Source of the DNA: Camelus ferus
Taxonomy: Eukaryota
Length of the DNA: 64,000 nucleotides
Direction of reading: 5' to 3'
Assembly: GCF_009834535.1 (NCBI RefSeq)
Contig: NC_045697.1
Location: 62,994,001 to 63,058,000, forward strand
Shown here: positions 27,156-40,935 of the stretch, piece by piece
Layout: the number at the start of each line of letters is the position of its first letter
Numbering within the stretch: position 1 is the stretch's first letter
The notes under the pieces: model-generated
What the model was told of the DNA's origin: nothing
Databases searched by the model: none
The model's input: only the letters and a program-made list of their open reading frames with translations
Program-made: the position numbers and the translations under genes

Positions 27156-29510
27156 TTTTTCTATTGAGATATAATTGACATATAGCATTGTGTAGGTTTA
27201 AGTTGCACAGCGATGTTGGTTTGTTACATTTATAAGATGATTATCACCTTAGGGTTACTTAACATCACTATCATGCCACATGTATGTTATTTCCTTTTTG
27301 TGGTGAGAACAATTAAGATTTAATCTCTTAGCAGCTTTGAAGTATATATTACGGTATTGTTGACTGTGCTGTGCAGTAGATCTTCAGAACTTACATATGT
27401 ACATATTGTAAGTTTGTGCCCTTTAAGAACATCTGCCTAATGTTCCCAGCCTTCAGACCCTGGTAATCACCACTCCACTTTTGGTTTCCATGAGTTTAGC
27501 ATTTTTAAATTCCACATGTAAGTGATGTCATACAGCATTTTTTTCTCTGACTTATCTCACTTAACATGATACTCTCAAAGTCCATCCATGTCATACAGAT
27601 GGCAGGATTTCCTTCTTTCTCATGACTGATAATATTCCACTCTGTGTGTGTGATCTCCTTTATCCATTTATCCCCTGTTGGACATTTAGGTTGATTCCAT
27701 ATTTTGGCTATTGTGAATAATGCTGCTATGAACTGGAATGTGCAGATATCTCTTCCAGATACTGACTTCAATTCCTTTAGATGTATGCTCAGGAGTAGGA
27801 TTACTGTATCATATGGTGGATCAATTTTTACTTTTTTAGGAACCGCCATACTGTCTTCTGTAATAGCTGTACCATTTTATAGTTGAACAATGTATAAGGG
27901 CTCCCTTTTTCCACATCCTTGCCAGCATTTACTATCTTTTGTCTTTTTAGTGATAGCCATCCTAACAGGTGTGAGGTGATATCTCATTGTGGTTTTGATC
28001 TGCATTTCCCAGATGATTAGTGATATTGATCATGTTTTCATATTACCCATTGACCAATTGTATGTCTTCTTTAGAAAAATGTTTATTTGGGTCGCCTTTT
28101 CAATTTGATTGTTTCCTTTGCCATACAGAAGCTCTTTAGTTTAATGTAGTCCTGCTTGCTTATTTTAGTTTTTGTTGCCTGTGCTTTTGGTACCTTTTCC
28201 AAGAAATCACTGCCATGGCTAATGTTAGGGATCTTTTCCCCTATGTGTTCTTCTAGAAGTTTTACAGATTCTGTTCTTTCATTTAAATCTTTGACCCATT
28301 TCAAGTTATTTTTCGTGAGTTGTGTTAGATAGGGGTCCAGTTTCATTCTTTAACATATGGATATCTAGTTTTCCAAACACCAAGTAAGAGACCCTCCTTT
28401 TCCCATTGTGTATTTTTGTCACCCTTGTGAAAACTTATTTGACCGTACATGTATAGGTGTATGTCTGGACTCTATTCTGTTCCACTAGTTTATGTGCCTT
28501 TTTTTATGCCAGCGCCATGCTGTTTTGATCACTATAGCTTTGTAATATAGATTGAAATCAGGTGGTGTATCGCCTCTAGTTTTGTTCTTTCTCAGGATTG
28601 CTTTGGCTATTCATGGTATTTTGTAGTTACCAACACATTTTAGGATACATTTTTTCTATTTTTGTGAGAAATGCCATTGGGATTTTGATTAGAATTGCTT
28701 TGAATCTGTAGGTATCTTTGGGTAGCATTATGGATATTTTCACACTGTGAGTTTTTCCAATTCAAGAACATGGGATATCTCTTCAGTTATTTGTGTCTTC
28801 TTTAATCTATTTCATGAGTATCTCAGAGTTTTCATTTTTCAGATATTTTTTCCTCCTTTGTTAAATTGATTTCTAAATATCTCACTGATTTAACTGCTAT
28901 TGCAAATGGGATTGCTTTCTTAATTTCTTTTTCAGATAACTTTTTGTTAGGGTTTAGAGATGCAACCAATTTCTGTATATTGACTTTGTATCCTGAACCT
29001 TTACTGAATGCATTTATTACTTCTAACAGTTTTTAAGTGGTGTATTTAGGATTTTCTGTATGTAAGATCTTGTCATCAGCAATAATTTTACTCCTTTTTT
29101 TTCTGATATGGATGCCTTTTATTCCTTTTTCTTGCCTAACTGCTCTAGGTAGGACTTCCAGTACAATGCTGAATAGAAATGACAACAGTGAGCATCCCTT
29201 TTTTGTTCCTGAACATAGAGAAGAGGATCTTAAATTTACCATTGAGTTTGATGTTAGCTGTAAGCTTTTCATTTATGGCCTTTATTATGTTGAAGAACAT
29301 TTCTTTTATACCCAATTTGTTGAGCCTTTTTTTTTTTTTAATATTGAAAGGATGTATTTTATCAAATGCTTCTTCTGCATCTATTGAGATGACCATATGA
29401 TTTTTATTTTTCATTCTGTTAATGTGATGTATCATATTTATTGATTTCTGTATGTTGATGTATCCTTGCATCCCTGGGATAAGTCCCACTTGATCATGGT
29501 GACTGATCTT
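27156..29510 (-). mobile_element. L1 (ORF2 3' half and 3' UTR), decayed, inserted into an L2 3' end
   Basis: Minus-strand ORF2 peptides: [55 protein letters not shown]2 tail cattcattcaacaaatg at about 27117. Confidence 0.95.
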
Positions 29511-30059
29511 CCTATATATTAATGATTAATTTTTTTCTGGCAGCTTGCTGTGATATAGATACAATCTGTGTTAGCTACTGAAGATAAAACAGTGAACATA
29601 TTCTCATCGTATCTCCCCTAGATGATTGCTGTAAAGGCAAACTAATCATTTTTAAATGTTGATCTCGATACACACCTTGAAAAAAGAAGTCCGATGTACA
29701 GTGTGGGTACACGATGAACAGAGGAGCACCTTTGCCTTGTGATTAGGGAAAGCATCTCAGAGAACAGGAAGTCTGAGACCTAAACAAAGTTGGGGAGCTG
29801 ATTATAAAGTACTGAGGAGGAAATACTGACAGAAGAGAGACTGTGCTGTTTGTACTTCCTTCCATTCTAAGGTACTCTCTAAATCTCAAGAGGGAAGATA
29901 TTAAATAATGTCCCTTAGTCATCAGGCAAAGTTTTAGTTTTGTTCAATGGACTGGATTATACATGCTTATAATATATAAATCTCCCTATTGAAAATGTCT
30001 AAATGATTCTTGGTAATCGAATGTGTACTTTAAAGTAGTGTGCTTTATACAATTTCAAG

Positions 30060-30223
30060 GAAGGGAGGCATTATTACTGATGGAAGACATTCTGTTTTCA
30101 CAAAGGATTATTGCATTCCTCCTTGTGGAGGCAAGCCTCATACAGATTACATGATGCTTTTGCGGTGGCAGATGTTCAGTGTGTTTGCTGAGTTGAATTG
30201 CAGCTTATATTGTGCCATATTAG
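30060..30223 (+). pseudogene. Candidate dynein pseudo-exon (tail)
   Basis: tttcaag acceptor; GGIITDGRHSVFTKDYCIPPCGGKPHTDYMMLLRWQMF (in the 30040 ORF) loosely like recalled ILT..DGIPENPPLLSQFKVQI; frame ambiguous. Confidence 0.45.
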
Positions 30224-31935
30224 GTTCCTTACAATTAGGCATTTTCACATTGAGTTGCAAAATTACCCATTTCCAAGGAATATATGAATTCAGTGGCTCT
30301 CAACTATCTTACATATCTAGGAGTAGAACAGACCAATGAATCTTGGATCTTCATCACCAAGAAATAATCTGTTTAGGGCACTGTCTTTAGGCAAATATTA
30401 TCATCTCTACTTCAGAGATGATGCAGCTAAAAGGCTAAAGGACTTGCTCAGAGTCCTACAGCACCCTTCATATTTTTATATGGCGTTTCTATCGTAAAGT
30501 AAAAATGCTTACTGTCTTCCTCAAGGAACATGTGTCAGGGAGCTATACTCCTGTGGGGTAAGTTTAAATTATTTGTACATGTCTTGCAGGAAGTCAGTGG
30601 CACAGCTGTATATAAAACCTAAGACATTTGACCCTGGGTAACTTTGAACTTTTCTCTTAGTATCAAAAGCAAACATTGTGAGTCATTTTAGTATAAATCA
30701 GTGTCTTTCTGAAACCTTCGAGAGAGAAAACCTTCACAGATCATAAAATAAGAAATAGAAACCATGAGTGAGTGAACTGCTTCCTAGTCTTTAGAACAGT
30801 TGAAGTATTTATCCTTTAACAATATAAAAATTACACGTATACATAGAACTGCCATTAGGAAATTCATATTTTGAATATTCTTGGAAGCCTTATCAGAAGT
30901 TTGGTTTCTTTAGGGGTTTCTCATCTATCCTAAGAATCTCTGATTTGTCTTCATGTTAGGATATAGGCAGAACTGCAAAGTTTGCTTTTTTGTTTTCTGT
31001 TTTTGCTGTTTTTCACTTCTCTCATCCTCTGTTGCTTTGTATCCTCAAAGCACAACTTTGCAGCATGAGATTTCCTCATTTTCCTTCTCATGGTGCACCA
31101 GAAGCCTCTTTTGTGTGGTAGATAAAGTCTACAGGCCCGAGCACCTACTCTTTCTTTGTATCTCTTTCTGCATCCTTTTCCCCTTCTCTTTGCTCTGATA
31201 ATCTGATAAATTAATATTCCTTACAGTTTTAATGACCGCTAATAGATAAATGCATCTTAATGACTGTTAATGGCTTAATCTGCAACACCTCCTGGGTAAA
31301 ATATTTGCATTTTAAAAGGGCTTTTTACAATCATAACCTTATTTAAATAGATGGCTCAGTGTGAGAATCTAAAACTTGTTGACAGATCACTAGGGAGAAG
31401 CACCATTTTAGATTTTTTTACATTTTAACATCTCTCAGAACAAAGATACAGTCTCAAAATTGGTGTGATAAGACACTCACTCATAGGATAATTGGAAGCA
31501 TTCTTTTTTCATTCTTGGTGATGTGTAAAATAACAACATGATATGAATGATGTTTTAGATTTGATGAAATACAGTAGCTATATATTGCCACCCTTCAAAC
31601 TATGCCCTGTGGTAGGTGGTAACAACCTCCCTTATTACACTTCACTCTCACAAACTCACTCCTACGTAAACTGAGTACACATAAATAAACAAATATTCCT
31701 GCACTACTAGACTTTGGACATTTCTTAATTGGCTTCTGTAGAAGCTTCAGTTAAATTTGAGAGTTTTTTATGTTTTTTTGGCCATATTAAGGAAGCTTCA
31801 CAAACTTGGTTTAAGAATGTTTCTAAGAAATCTGCACTGAAAGTGATATTTTTATTTATGACATTCATTTGCTATTTTTAAAAGTGTCTTTTATAATACT
31901 TTGATTCCTTTTGTTCTGTCTCACTTTGCTTTGAG

Positions 31936-32313
31936 AGAGAAGTGATAAATATGAGTAAATACTGTGGATGAATATAGTGTCTTGAAGGACTGGCTATCCT
32001 TTCAAAGATGAAAAGGCTTTGTATCTGTAATTACTGATCATGTGATACACAATTTCAAATAAAAGAATTAGTGTCGTTCTTTCTTTTTGGAAGACATTAG
32101 AAACAATTGCAGAATAAAAAGCAAGCTCATCAACAACAAAAAAATCAGTCGGAAAATTGGCTAAAATTCAGCTCTTTGTGCTCTTGAGACTGAAGGCTGT
32201 AGCTGAAAGAAAGCTCTCCAATTTTCTACCATGCAAATCCCTTGCCTCTTTTAGATTGGTTTACTTTTAGATTGGTTTACTCTTAGATTGGTTTACTCTT
32301 TTGAAGCAGTTAA
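31936..32313 (+). pseudogene. Dynein pseudo-exon (tail); boundaries approximate
   Basis: TVDEYSVLKDWLSFQR*KGFVSVITDHVIHNFK; resembles recalled IKVFDGWMKID...LVDHVTHSL. Confidence 0.7.
32251..32298. repeat. 16-bp tandem triplication
   Basis: ttagattggtttact(t/c) x3. Confidence 0.95.
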
Positions 32314-33060
32314 GTAGTAGCATTTCTTCCAAGAAAAATATTTATTTAAATAATTCTTTGCAAATTCTGCTAATTTATTCTTCCTGCCTCCCACTCTACT
32401 CCATTGCCTTCCCTGTACCACCAGCTTGGGTTATGAGGTATGGATACTAATATATGTAGCTCTATGGTGTCTTTTACTTTTGTTTCCTTTCAAGTTTAAA
32501 ATTGGGTAGTGGAGATTTAAGGGCTTTCAAAATTGGAATACCAGTCATTTTCACTAGTGACAATGAATATGTACATTTTCAGTGTTCTTTGTGAATGCAC
32601 AGGGTTTTATCATCATAGTATTATATTTAGAATATTTTCAAAGGTTTGGAAGTAAGGTTGAGTCTGGCAGAGCCACTGTTATGCATATATTTTTTCAGTT
32701 GCAGAATAAATTTGAAAATATAAAGAACTATTATTTTGATGGAATTATCATTATGCATGGCACTTAGTAAAATTATAAACTCACTAGTAACTGCAAAATG
32801 TTATTATTAAACCATTAGCTCCTTCTTGATATCTCAGCCTGGATTAGTGTTTTTCAGATTAACAATTTTCAAAAAGAATTGACCTGAGTAAGTGAGAAAT
32901 AGGCTAGGTGACTGTTACTATCAGAGTAGAAAAAAATCTGATTAACTTGATGCAGTGCTGATGAGTAATGGCAAAAGAAGGTTGCTACAAGCAAATAAAG
33001 AGGGTTTGAGAGGGTGTGGACTCAGAAAACAAATTTTATCTTCTTTATATTTTTGCCTAG

Positions 33061-33224
33061 GGTTAGCCCAGGGGCGTTGGAAATGAATGGCTGGCCTGTG
33101 GCTGGCAGCAGTGTTGCAAAAATTAACATCATTTTAACATACAAATCCGTACCTTTTGAACTCTTTGACTGCATTTTCAAGTGAAACTAAATCCTTTAAC
33201 TGCCATGCTGTTACAACAAGGAAG
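33061..33224 (+). pseudogene. Dynein pseudo-exon (tail)
   Basis: Strong acceptor tttttgcctag, aag|gtgtgt donor; LAQGRWK*M...VLQKLTSF*HTNPYLLNSLTAFSSETKSF versus recalled VKQQVAPLQANEVTLLRQRCTAFDAEQQQF. Confidence 0.8.
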
Positions 33225-33651
33225 GTGTGTATATAGAAGGTGCCCACGAAAGCCTGTCAGACCAAGGCTCTGTGAAATGTGGTTTTGTCAAGAAAGGCAC
33301 CTGTGAGTCTATTACAAGTACAGTACAATGTGGTCTATAATGAATCGCCATCCCTGGAGAGCTCTTAAAATAGAATAGACAGCCAGGTCTTTGGTGGTTT
33401 AAGCATTAAATTGCCTAAAGGAAAGAATCTCCTCAGATGACCTCCCAATGCCCCTTTTAGCTTTTTAATTCCAAGTCTGAGATAGCTGACTTTTGAAGTG
33501 CACTGAGTATATAAATGTGTGCAAGTTTGTTTAGTGTGAATATATAGATATGTGTGTATATGTATATATGTGTATGTAAAAACATACACATAGTTACATT
33601 ATCTATGTTCGATATTTTTATGTTCCTTTTTCTTACTTTGTTTCTCTGCAG

Positions 33652-33796
33652 GATTTATTCTCTTTCCATATATTTGCTTCATATGCAAAAATATATTACT
33701 TTTGCAGTTGGATGGCAAACATGTGTGGTGGTTCTTGAAGGTTTAGTTTCCTCACAGAATGATTTTATTCCTGAGATTTTCCTAACAGATAACTAT
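33652..33796 (+). pseudogene. Dynein pseudo-exon (start of DHC_N2)
   Basis: Strong acceptor tttctctgcag, gtatgt donor; DLFSFHIFASYAKI then, after a frameshift, EIFLTDNY; resembles recalled APFSF..PY...FEV.VPDY. Confidence 0.75.
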
Positions 33797-34342
33797 GTAT
33801 GTCTGTTTAATTTTAAATATTATTGGCAGAGGGTGAAAGGAATATTTTCAATATAGTATGAGCTTTATTCTTTACTAGGAGAAAAAATGTGGAATATATA
33901 GTTTAATATGGTGACACATGATTTTTATAGTTACCACTAAAAAAGGAGCATGTGGGGGTAGAATCAACATCTGCTTACATTTTGTTGTTGTTTGTGGAAC
34001 AATAAAGGCTTTTCTGGAATAGTTTTTCTGATTAGAGGCATGAGACCACAGAGAATTAAACATTTATACACTGTGATTTGGCTTTAATTTTTAATGACTA
34101 TAGTTGGTCAAAATGATAAAGTACAGGAAATGCCATGTGGCTTAGCAAGCACATCTACAACAGTGAATAAAACCACCTACCTCAGGGTCAGACACTAACT
34201 AGAGAAAGGACTCCTCCCAAAGAGTAAATATGAACATTCCTATCCATATTTGCGTTCGTGATGAAAAGCAGTCTGCTCCACTGGGACTCCTGTGACAGTC
34301 ATTGTGGGGAAAGTTCAATGCCTTGTGCATTGTTGTGTTTAG

Positions 34343-34547
34343 AACTACCTCAGGAGCTGTTTCTTGATAATGAGATTATCTGTCCACAAGGAGCTGGTCA
34401 TGGTCAGAAGACAGAGATTTCATCAAAATGCAGAGAATTGCTCACAAGTGTTTGCTGCTTTTACTTACACTAAAGGACAAAACTTTTCATTTCTCAGCTC
34501 TCCAATAATTCCTCCTCACATTTCAGTATCACAGGAGCTATTCATAG
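34343..34547 (+). pseudogene. Dynein pseudo-exon (DHC_N2)
   Basis: tgtgtttag acceptor, ag|gtgtgt donor; open frame NYLRSCFLIMRLSVHKELVMVRR...ISVSQELFI versus recalled KQLKACHREVRLLKELWDMV. Confidence 0.75.
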
Positions 34548-36044
34548 GTGTGTGTGTGTGCATGCTTGATTAATTCACAAATTCTAAAGGGCAGGCAATT
34601 CTTGGCCACTTGCTCGAAGACAATACTGATAGTATTTCAGTTAGCTCAAACCCTATTTTGTCCTGCATTTGCTGCTTTTGCCAAACTGCCATCTGGTTGC
34701 TCTGTCATCTCTCGTCAGCTCTTCCGTGATTAGGAAAGAGCACTTCTTTGGGCAAGATGCTAGGTGCAGCTGTTAATAGGAACCAAGGATTTCTTCCTGG
34801 TACTTGGAACAAAATGGTTAGCAGCAGCAGCAACTTGAAAATAGAAAATTTGAAACTCTGCTCATAAAATACATAAAATGTTAAGTTTTTATAGCTAATA
34901 CAAATTGAAAAAGAACACCAAAGTTTATGCTCTGTTCTTAACAAAAATCAAAAAAACCTAATGAGAATTGAGTGTTATATCTAAAAATATTTAAGGAACA
35001 TTGCTTTGCCTATAATTTATGGTTTCTCTTTGGGATAGCTTGATTGAGCAGTTATTTATGTATATAACTTACTAAACTGTTACAGGATTTATAGAAAAAG
35101 TGGAAGACATGGCTGGGCAAGCCCTCCCAGTGTACAGCTCCCTAGAAAACTATTGCCTGATACTGCTTAGAGTCCATAAATGAGGCCTCTTTTTCATTGT
35201 GTCTCTGCCTATTTTGTAATTGTATTGGTCTGAGCGTCGGGTGTACAACTGGTGTGAAACCTGTCCACCAGGATGAGATAGGTAGTCAGAAAGAGGTTAT
35301 TTGCCCCCAGTGCCTAAGCCAAGTTGACCTGTATTGCCTGGTCCTTTGTTGACCAGTATCATTTAATCCATGGTCAAAATAGTGAAGTGGGAGTTACCAA
35401 GAGAAAGTAGAAAGACTAGAGAGAGAGGCAGTCCTATTACTACACTGGGGGAGTGCTTAAAGTACATGATGGAGAGCATGAAGGGGCTTGCTCTTAACTG
35501 GCCTTTAACTCATAGTGGCTGCACCCACTTATGGAAAGCATCCCAGCAACACCATAGGTTCTGGATGGTCAGACATCTCATATCTGGGCAAGGAACTGGT
35601 AAAGATTTAGGAGAGGGGCTGATAGTATTTCCTCCAACAGTCTCCTCTAATGAAGGGTGGAAATTCCATCATTCTTATGAAGTGGCAACATGAGAAGGAT
35701 TCATCACAATAACTCTTCCTGCCTTTAAGAAATTTACATTTTTTTTTTGTGAATCCAGACAAATAAAACCAAAGCAATAATAAATCATATTTCCCCACAT
35801 GGAATAAAGAGCTAAATTGTGACTTATAGAATATGGGTATTTTCTACTCAACATTAAAAACATTGGCATTGAGTTAGGTTATATATAAGGAATTGTCTCT
35901 CTCCCTGAATTTGCCAAAACCAACAGGAAAAAGACTCCCTGCTAGTTATAAAGGTATAAAAAGAACAGAATGGAGAGAATATGAAAAGAAAATAAAAGCA
36001 CATCTTATTAATTTATTCAATAAACATTCATTTTTTTATTTTGA

Positions 36045-36290
36045 GAAGCAGTATTGCAATAGAGGTTGTGAATTTCAGCTTTGGAGCCATTAAGTCCTAG
36101 GTTTGAATTCTACCATTGCTGCCTCACTGTAGTTTTATGACCTTGAAAAACATAACTAACATCACTAAGACTATTTTCTTGTATGAAAGTGAGGATAATA
36201 ATAGCACTTAAGGATTAGGATTGTCGTCAAGAAAATATGCAGGTCACCTAGTGCAGGGTTCCTGGCCCATAACAGTTACTAATGAAGATA
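36045..36290 (+). mobile_element. MIR SINE
   Basis: gctttggagcc...cctaggtttgaattct...tgaccttg...aaagtgaggataataatagcac. Confidence 0.75.
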
Positions 36291-37369
36291 ATTTACATTG
36301 CCAGTAATGTAAATGGATGAAACAGAATAGGTGAAAATCTTTCTTTCGAGTGGAAGGTGGTTTGCTACAGTAGGAAGTTAGTTCAATTTTTAAGTGTTGT
36401 ATTTCTAGAGGATCAGGTCTGAATAAAAAGAAAGAATAATTTAAAAGTGTACCACTAATATTTTCCTTCATGTCATGAAAGTATGTAGACATCTATAAAA
36501 TAAAAATGAGAACACACTTTTTTTTTTCTTTCTGGAGGAAAGCGTGTGTAACACAAATAGGTAAATCTTAGAATAAATTTTATTAGGATGCTTATTACCA
36601 CTGCAGCATACAAATGACACCCCATTGAGAGCCTCAGGAGCACCTCATGTGTACTGAGGGCAGCAGGGTATCATTATTTTCTAGTAAATGGCAAGTTTAT
36701 TGGTAAAAAAATAAAATTGATATTCTTCAGGTGAATGTGTAAGGAACCATGGATGCATAATTCTGAATAATAAGACTAATTCTAACTGTCATATGAGAGA
36801 CCTAGTCTTCTAAAGCTACCCTCAGGGCAGCGCCAGGTCTATTTTGTTCACAGACAAATCTCAAATTTATAACATGTTCCTGCCAGTTAGCTGGTGTTCA
36901 GTACATTATAGAGTTGCTAAGTGAGTGAGAAATCTATGGTCATACTTCATATGTTGTACTGCCTAGAGGGCCACTTCCTAGTACAGTGGTAAGGACATTG
37001 AATTTGGAATTGAAGAGCTAAGTATGAAAACAAGAGACCTTGGAGACATTTTTCTGCTCAAGAAATTATTTTATAGATTAAGATAATAGAGACAAAATCA
37101 TTTGGAGAACTGTAAATTTGCAGTACATAGTCTTGAAAGCTTATTACTCCATTTGATTCCCTGATCCCGTAGTTTTACCTATTGCATAGTTCTTTAATCT
37201 CATTTGTACCTGTACTCTCTTGAGTGCTATCCGAGAAAGCCACTTAACATTATTTTTGCTCAATAACACTAATATTCCAGTTATTTTTAAATACAGATCA
37301 TTAAAAGCTTAGAACAATTCTGCTTGCTGGAAGATATTCGTGCATTTTAAAAATGTACCGTACCTGATT

Positions 37370-37428
37370 TAAAAAAAAAAAAATATATATATATATTTAA
37401 ATATATATATATATATATATATAAAAAA
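37370..37428. repeat. A-run plus (TA)n microsatellite
   Basis: aaaaaaaaaaaaaatatatatatatatttaaatatatatatatatatatatata. Confidence 0.95.
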
Positions 37429-37804
37429 ACAAGAGAAAGAATAGATGAGGAAAATGTCCTTTGGTGTTTTCAATAAACTCCCTAAAAGTCTGGTGCCTAG
37501 AACAAGGAAGCTAAAGTTAAAGATACACACTAGAAACTTTGAAATCAGAGAGTTTGATTTCATTCTCTATATAATGTATTAGGTGATCGTGATGGATATT
37601 TAAAATGCTTATGCATGTAAATTTGTACTGTATCAACTGTAAATTTATGACAGTCTGTCGTTCATTCAGTTTAAATTCATTAAGTTTTTATGGAATGTGT
37701 TGGTGTATTAATTTGGGTGGTTTTTGTAGGTCCAGTGGATCAGTAGTCACAGTATGATGCCTTAGGAAGACAAGAGCTCCCTGGTTTTTATTCTAGGACC
37801 GCGA

Positions 37805-38045
37805 CATTATGGTGAAAAGATTTTTGTTTGGAATAAGCAGCCTCAGTGAGAATTCCAGCCCACTGAGTTATCAGTAACTTAATTTTGTGCAGCTTATTTA
37901 ACCTAAGCCTTAATTTTCTCCTCTAAAAGTGGGCATGCTATTGTCTATGCTGTACCACTGTTATGAAGATTAAGTAAAATCATGATTGAAGGGCAGTCGG
38001 TGAAGTATCCAGCATATAAACTATAGTTAGTAACTGGCAGCTCTT
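37805..38045 (+). mobile_element. MIR SINE
   Basis: gaattccagccc...gcttatttaacctaagccttaattttctcctctaaaagtggg...ttatgaagattaagt. Confidence 0.7.
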
Positions 38046-38729
38046 GTTATTTACATACTTGTTAGTTTGAACTTTATTAGTGGTACTTATATAGATAAAT
38101 AGATCAGTTATGTATACTGCATCTTACTATACTTTAAATGACTAGAGGTTGAGACTTAATGGTATTTTGAATGTCCCCCAGCTTTAAAACATAATTCTTT
38201 AAAGTCTGAGTTCAGCTAAATCACTTGTACTGTGTATATACAAAGTTGGTATATAAATATAGAATTTATTGAGCTGTGGAATATATGATCTCATTTTTTG
38301 GTTTTGATTTATACTATTACTTTATGACTGGTTAATAGCTGGAAGGCCAAAGTTCAATGGGTTGTTTAAATAAAAGTGCACTTTGTTTTTCAAAAACTGA
38401 AAAAACATGGAAGCTCTAAACTTACTAGCTAAACTAAGAGCAGATCAGAAAAATCTTATATAGCATAAGAGGAAGTAATTCTTACAGTCTTAGTATAATC
38501 TTAGTAATTTGGTTACTCTTATGAAGAAAATCTAGAGATTGTCTTTTGAAAGTACACTAAGTTTTGTGAATTTCAGGAATGTAGGAAATGTTCTCATAAA
38601 ATATGAGTAAGGTTGAAATGGAAACACTGTATTGTCAATGCTAACTGCCTTAAAATAATCAATGAACTATCCCAAATCGAGTTGTTTTTAGCCAGCTTTT
38701 AGGTGTATATTTTTAAAATTAGTTTATAG

Positions 38730-39275
38730 GCATTCCTAATCACCATTTAATAAAAGAGAAGCTTTAAAAAATTCAGTACTCCTAGCCCACTGTTTTATAC
38801 TTCCAATAGCTGAAGCAATGGTGTATAAAGTATTTGAGCATTTGAAGTCACTAGCTTTTTTCAGAGGCAAAGGTGAAATATGAGTTGCTGTAACATACAG
38901 GATTGGTACTATGTTATAATAGAAACAGAAACAGATTTTAAAAATCTTTCTATACCATGGCGAAATGTTTTTTGACACTTGCTTTTGCAAAATGAGACCC
39001 TGTGGGAGGTCTAACATGAAATTTCAGTCAACTTCTTCTTGGCAAATTTCAACTCTAAAAGGATTCAGCTTTTGCAGAAAACTTCAATGCACCATCTACA
39101 GTTAGCACTAGAAGAGATGCTTATTGACCTTTAAATTTCAAAGAACTATTTCAAATCAATCATGTAAGAGACCTTTTGATAGTAATGCACAAACACATCT
39201 GTCCAAAAAGAGCTCTTTCTTTGAAAAAAGTGATGAAGAATCAATAGATTCTTTTCAGAAATATCTATCTGCAAG
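38730..39275 (+). pseudogene. Dynein pseudo-exon (DHC_N2/linker)
   Basis: tttatag acceptor, aag|gtttgt donor; IAEAMVYKVFEHL, VIIETETDFKNL, ETLWEV*HE, MLIDL/NFKELF versus recalled KESGMEKVLKAL, LVETLEDNQVQLQNL, SIWFEVQR, IDIDFKEL; several frameshifts. Confidence 0.85.
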
Positions 39276-39410
39276 GTTTGTATGAACAGGATAGTTTTAA
39301 CTAGCATAAAAGCCCTGCAACCTTTTAGATTATTATAATCTTTCCATTTACTGTGACTATCTTTATGTTATCTTTAGTTTGATTACAACTTTAAACTCAT
39401 TTTTCAACAG

Positions 39411-39599
39411 GTTCATCTTTTACTTAGAAAAGTTCAAATTGTCAGTCTTTTTACTAATCTCTTTATGTATCTTTGACTTTTTCAAGAGTGTCTGATAACA
39501 CAGAAATTCAGAGATCATCCTGATCTTTTGTAAGGAATCCATTGATGTATCTGCTGAAATCAGCAATCTTCAGTCTTAAAAATACTGATTTTGAAATAG
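39411..39599 (+). pseudogene. Dynein pseudo-exon (linker, region of the PRFYFLS motif)
   Basis: tttttcaacag acceptor, ag|gtttgt donor; FYLEKFKL / VSLTFSRVSDN...SFVRNP versus recalled EYLETKRLAFPRFYFLS. Confidence 0.7.
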
Positions 39600-40935
39600 G
39601 TTTGTAATTTTAATGTTTTACTTTCTTTTCCTGAGATTTCTAAACTTAAAAATAACATTTTAACATAGAAAATTTAATTAAAATATCATAAGCCAAATTC
39701 ATAAATATTGTAACATTTATTATATTAATGCTAGAAGAGAAGAATTGATTTTTCAAGTCATATTGAACTTCTGCTTATTATTTCCCTTTTGTTCAAATAA
39801 AGAAGATCTAAAGTCTATAATCATATTTGCTAAAAATCCTAGTTAATTATTTAATTACCCCTTTTGTTCTCCCCGAAAGTATTATCCAAATTTGGTCTAA
39901 TCAAACTTACTTTATAATTGCTACCATGGTTAATAATTTTGTTGAAATGAGATAATTTTCCTGACTAATAGAAACAATATTTTATAATTAAAAATTTATG
40001 CAAACCCAACTTGTACTATGACTAACTTTTTCCACCCCTCTCCTTTTCCTCTTTTTTAAAGGAAAGTAAAACTGAACAAAAAAAAATGTATGAGGGAGAC
40101 TTAGGATAATCAGTGCTAAATTCATTCAGTATAGTACTTTTTCTTAAACAGTGAACTAATTTCAAATATACTAATTGATAATAGGCAGAGCTTTGGTTTC
40201 CAAGACTCTGAACTACTGGTATTTAGTCTTTGTCAAGCATAAAGATGCAGTTAGTATAATATACTACATTTTGTGTAGTTTGGAATACCCTCTGGCTCCT
40301 GTATGAATAACAAGTCCCTTTGTATTTTTCCATACTTGTGTTTTGCTTTTATGAACTGTTAGAATTAATTGTTCACTTATTGTTTTTTAAAACAGTGATA
40401 GGTTTGGAACACTGCATGTTATGAATTTGTATGTGTGTATTAGTCAACACAATAGACCACTCATAATGTTGCTGTGGTTTCTTCTTTATCGTACACTGGG
40501 CTATAATCCTTCTGAGTTTTATTTTTCAGAAACTAAGAGCAATAGCAAGGCAGAATTCCTCAGAACTGTAGGGTCATTAAGTCCTACCACTTGTAAAAGT
40601 TATGAGCTTGGATTTTGATTGATTTTTGTGTTTCTTCATATTTATTTACAGTAATAATAATTACCTTATGTTGAAAATGATGTGCTAGTCTCCTTATGTA
40701 CATTATTCCTAATGCTTATCAACCTTGGTATTTGCTTCTATCAGGAAAAAAACCTGGATTCATTTAAATACTTTGCTCAATATTGCACAGCAAGTGGAAG
40801 AATTAGGGTTCACATTCCTGGTGTCTGATTCCAACACTGTTTCTTCATTACAGTATTAACTCTGCCCCTTCACTCCCACCTTAACAGACACATACACACA
40901 CACGTGCACGCACACACTTCTGTTCTGACTACTGG

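Noticed and set aside
27505..29489. Several 80-116 aa ORFs
   Set aside because: Broken L1 ORF2 fragments and their antisense frames.
32858..32887. 30-nt micro-exon with ttttcag and gtaagt
   Set aside because: The donor is plausible, but the true acceptor and frame cannot be fixed by eye.
39411..39599. RhoGEF DH-like reading (LLLRKVQ...RDHPDLL)
   Set aside because: Weak, stop-ridden match; other frames fit the colinear dynein linker.
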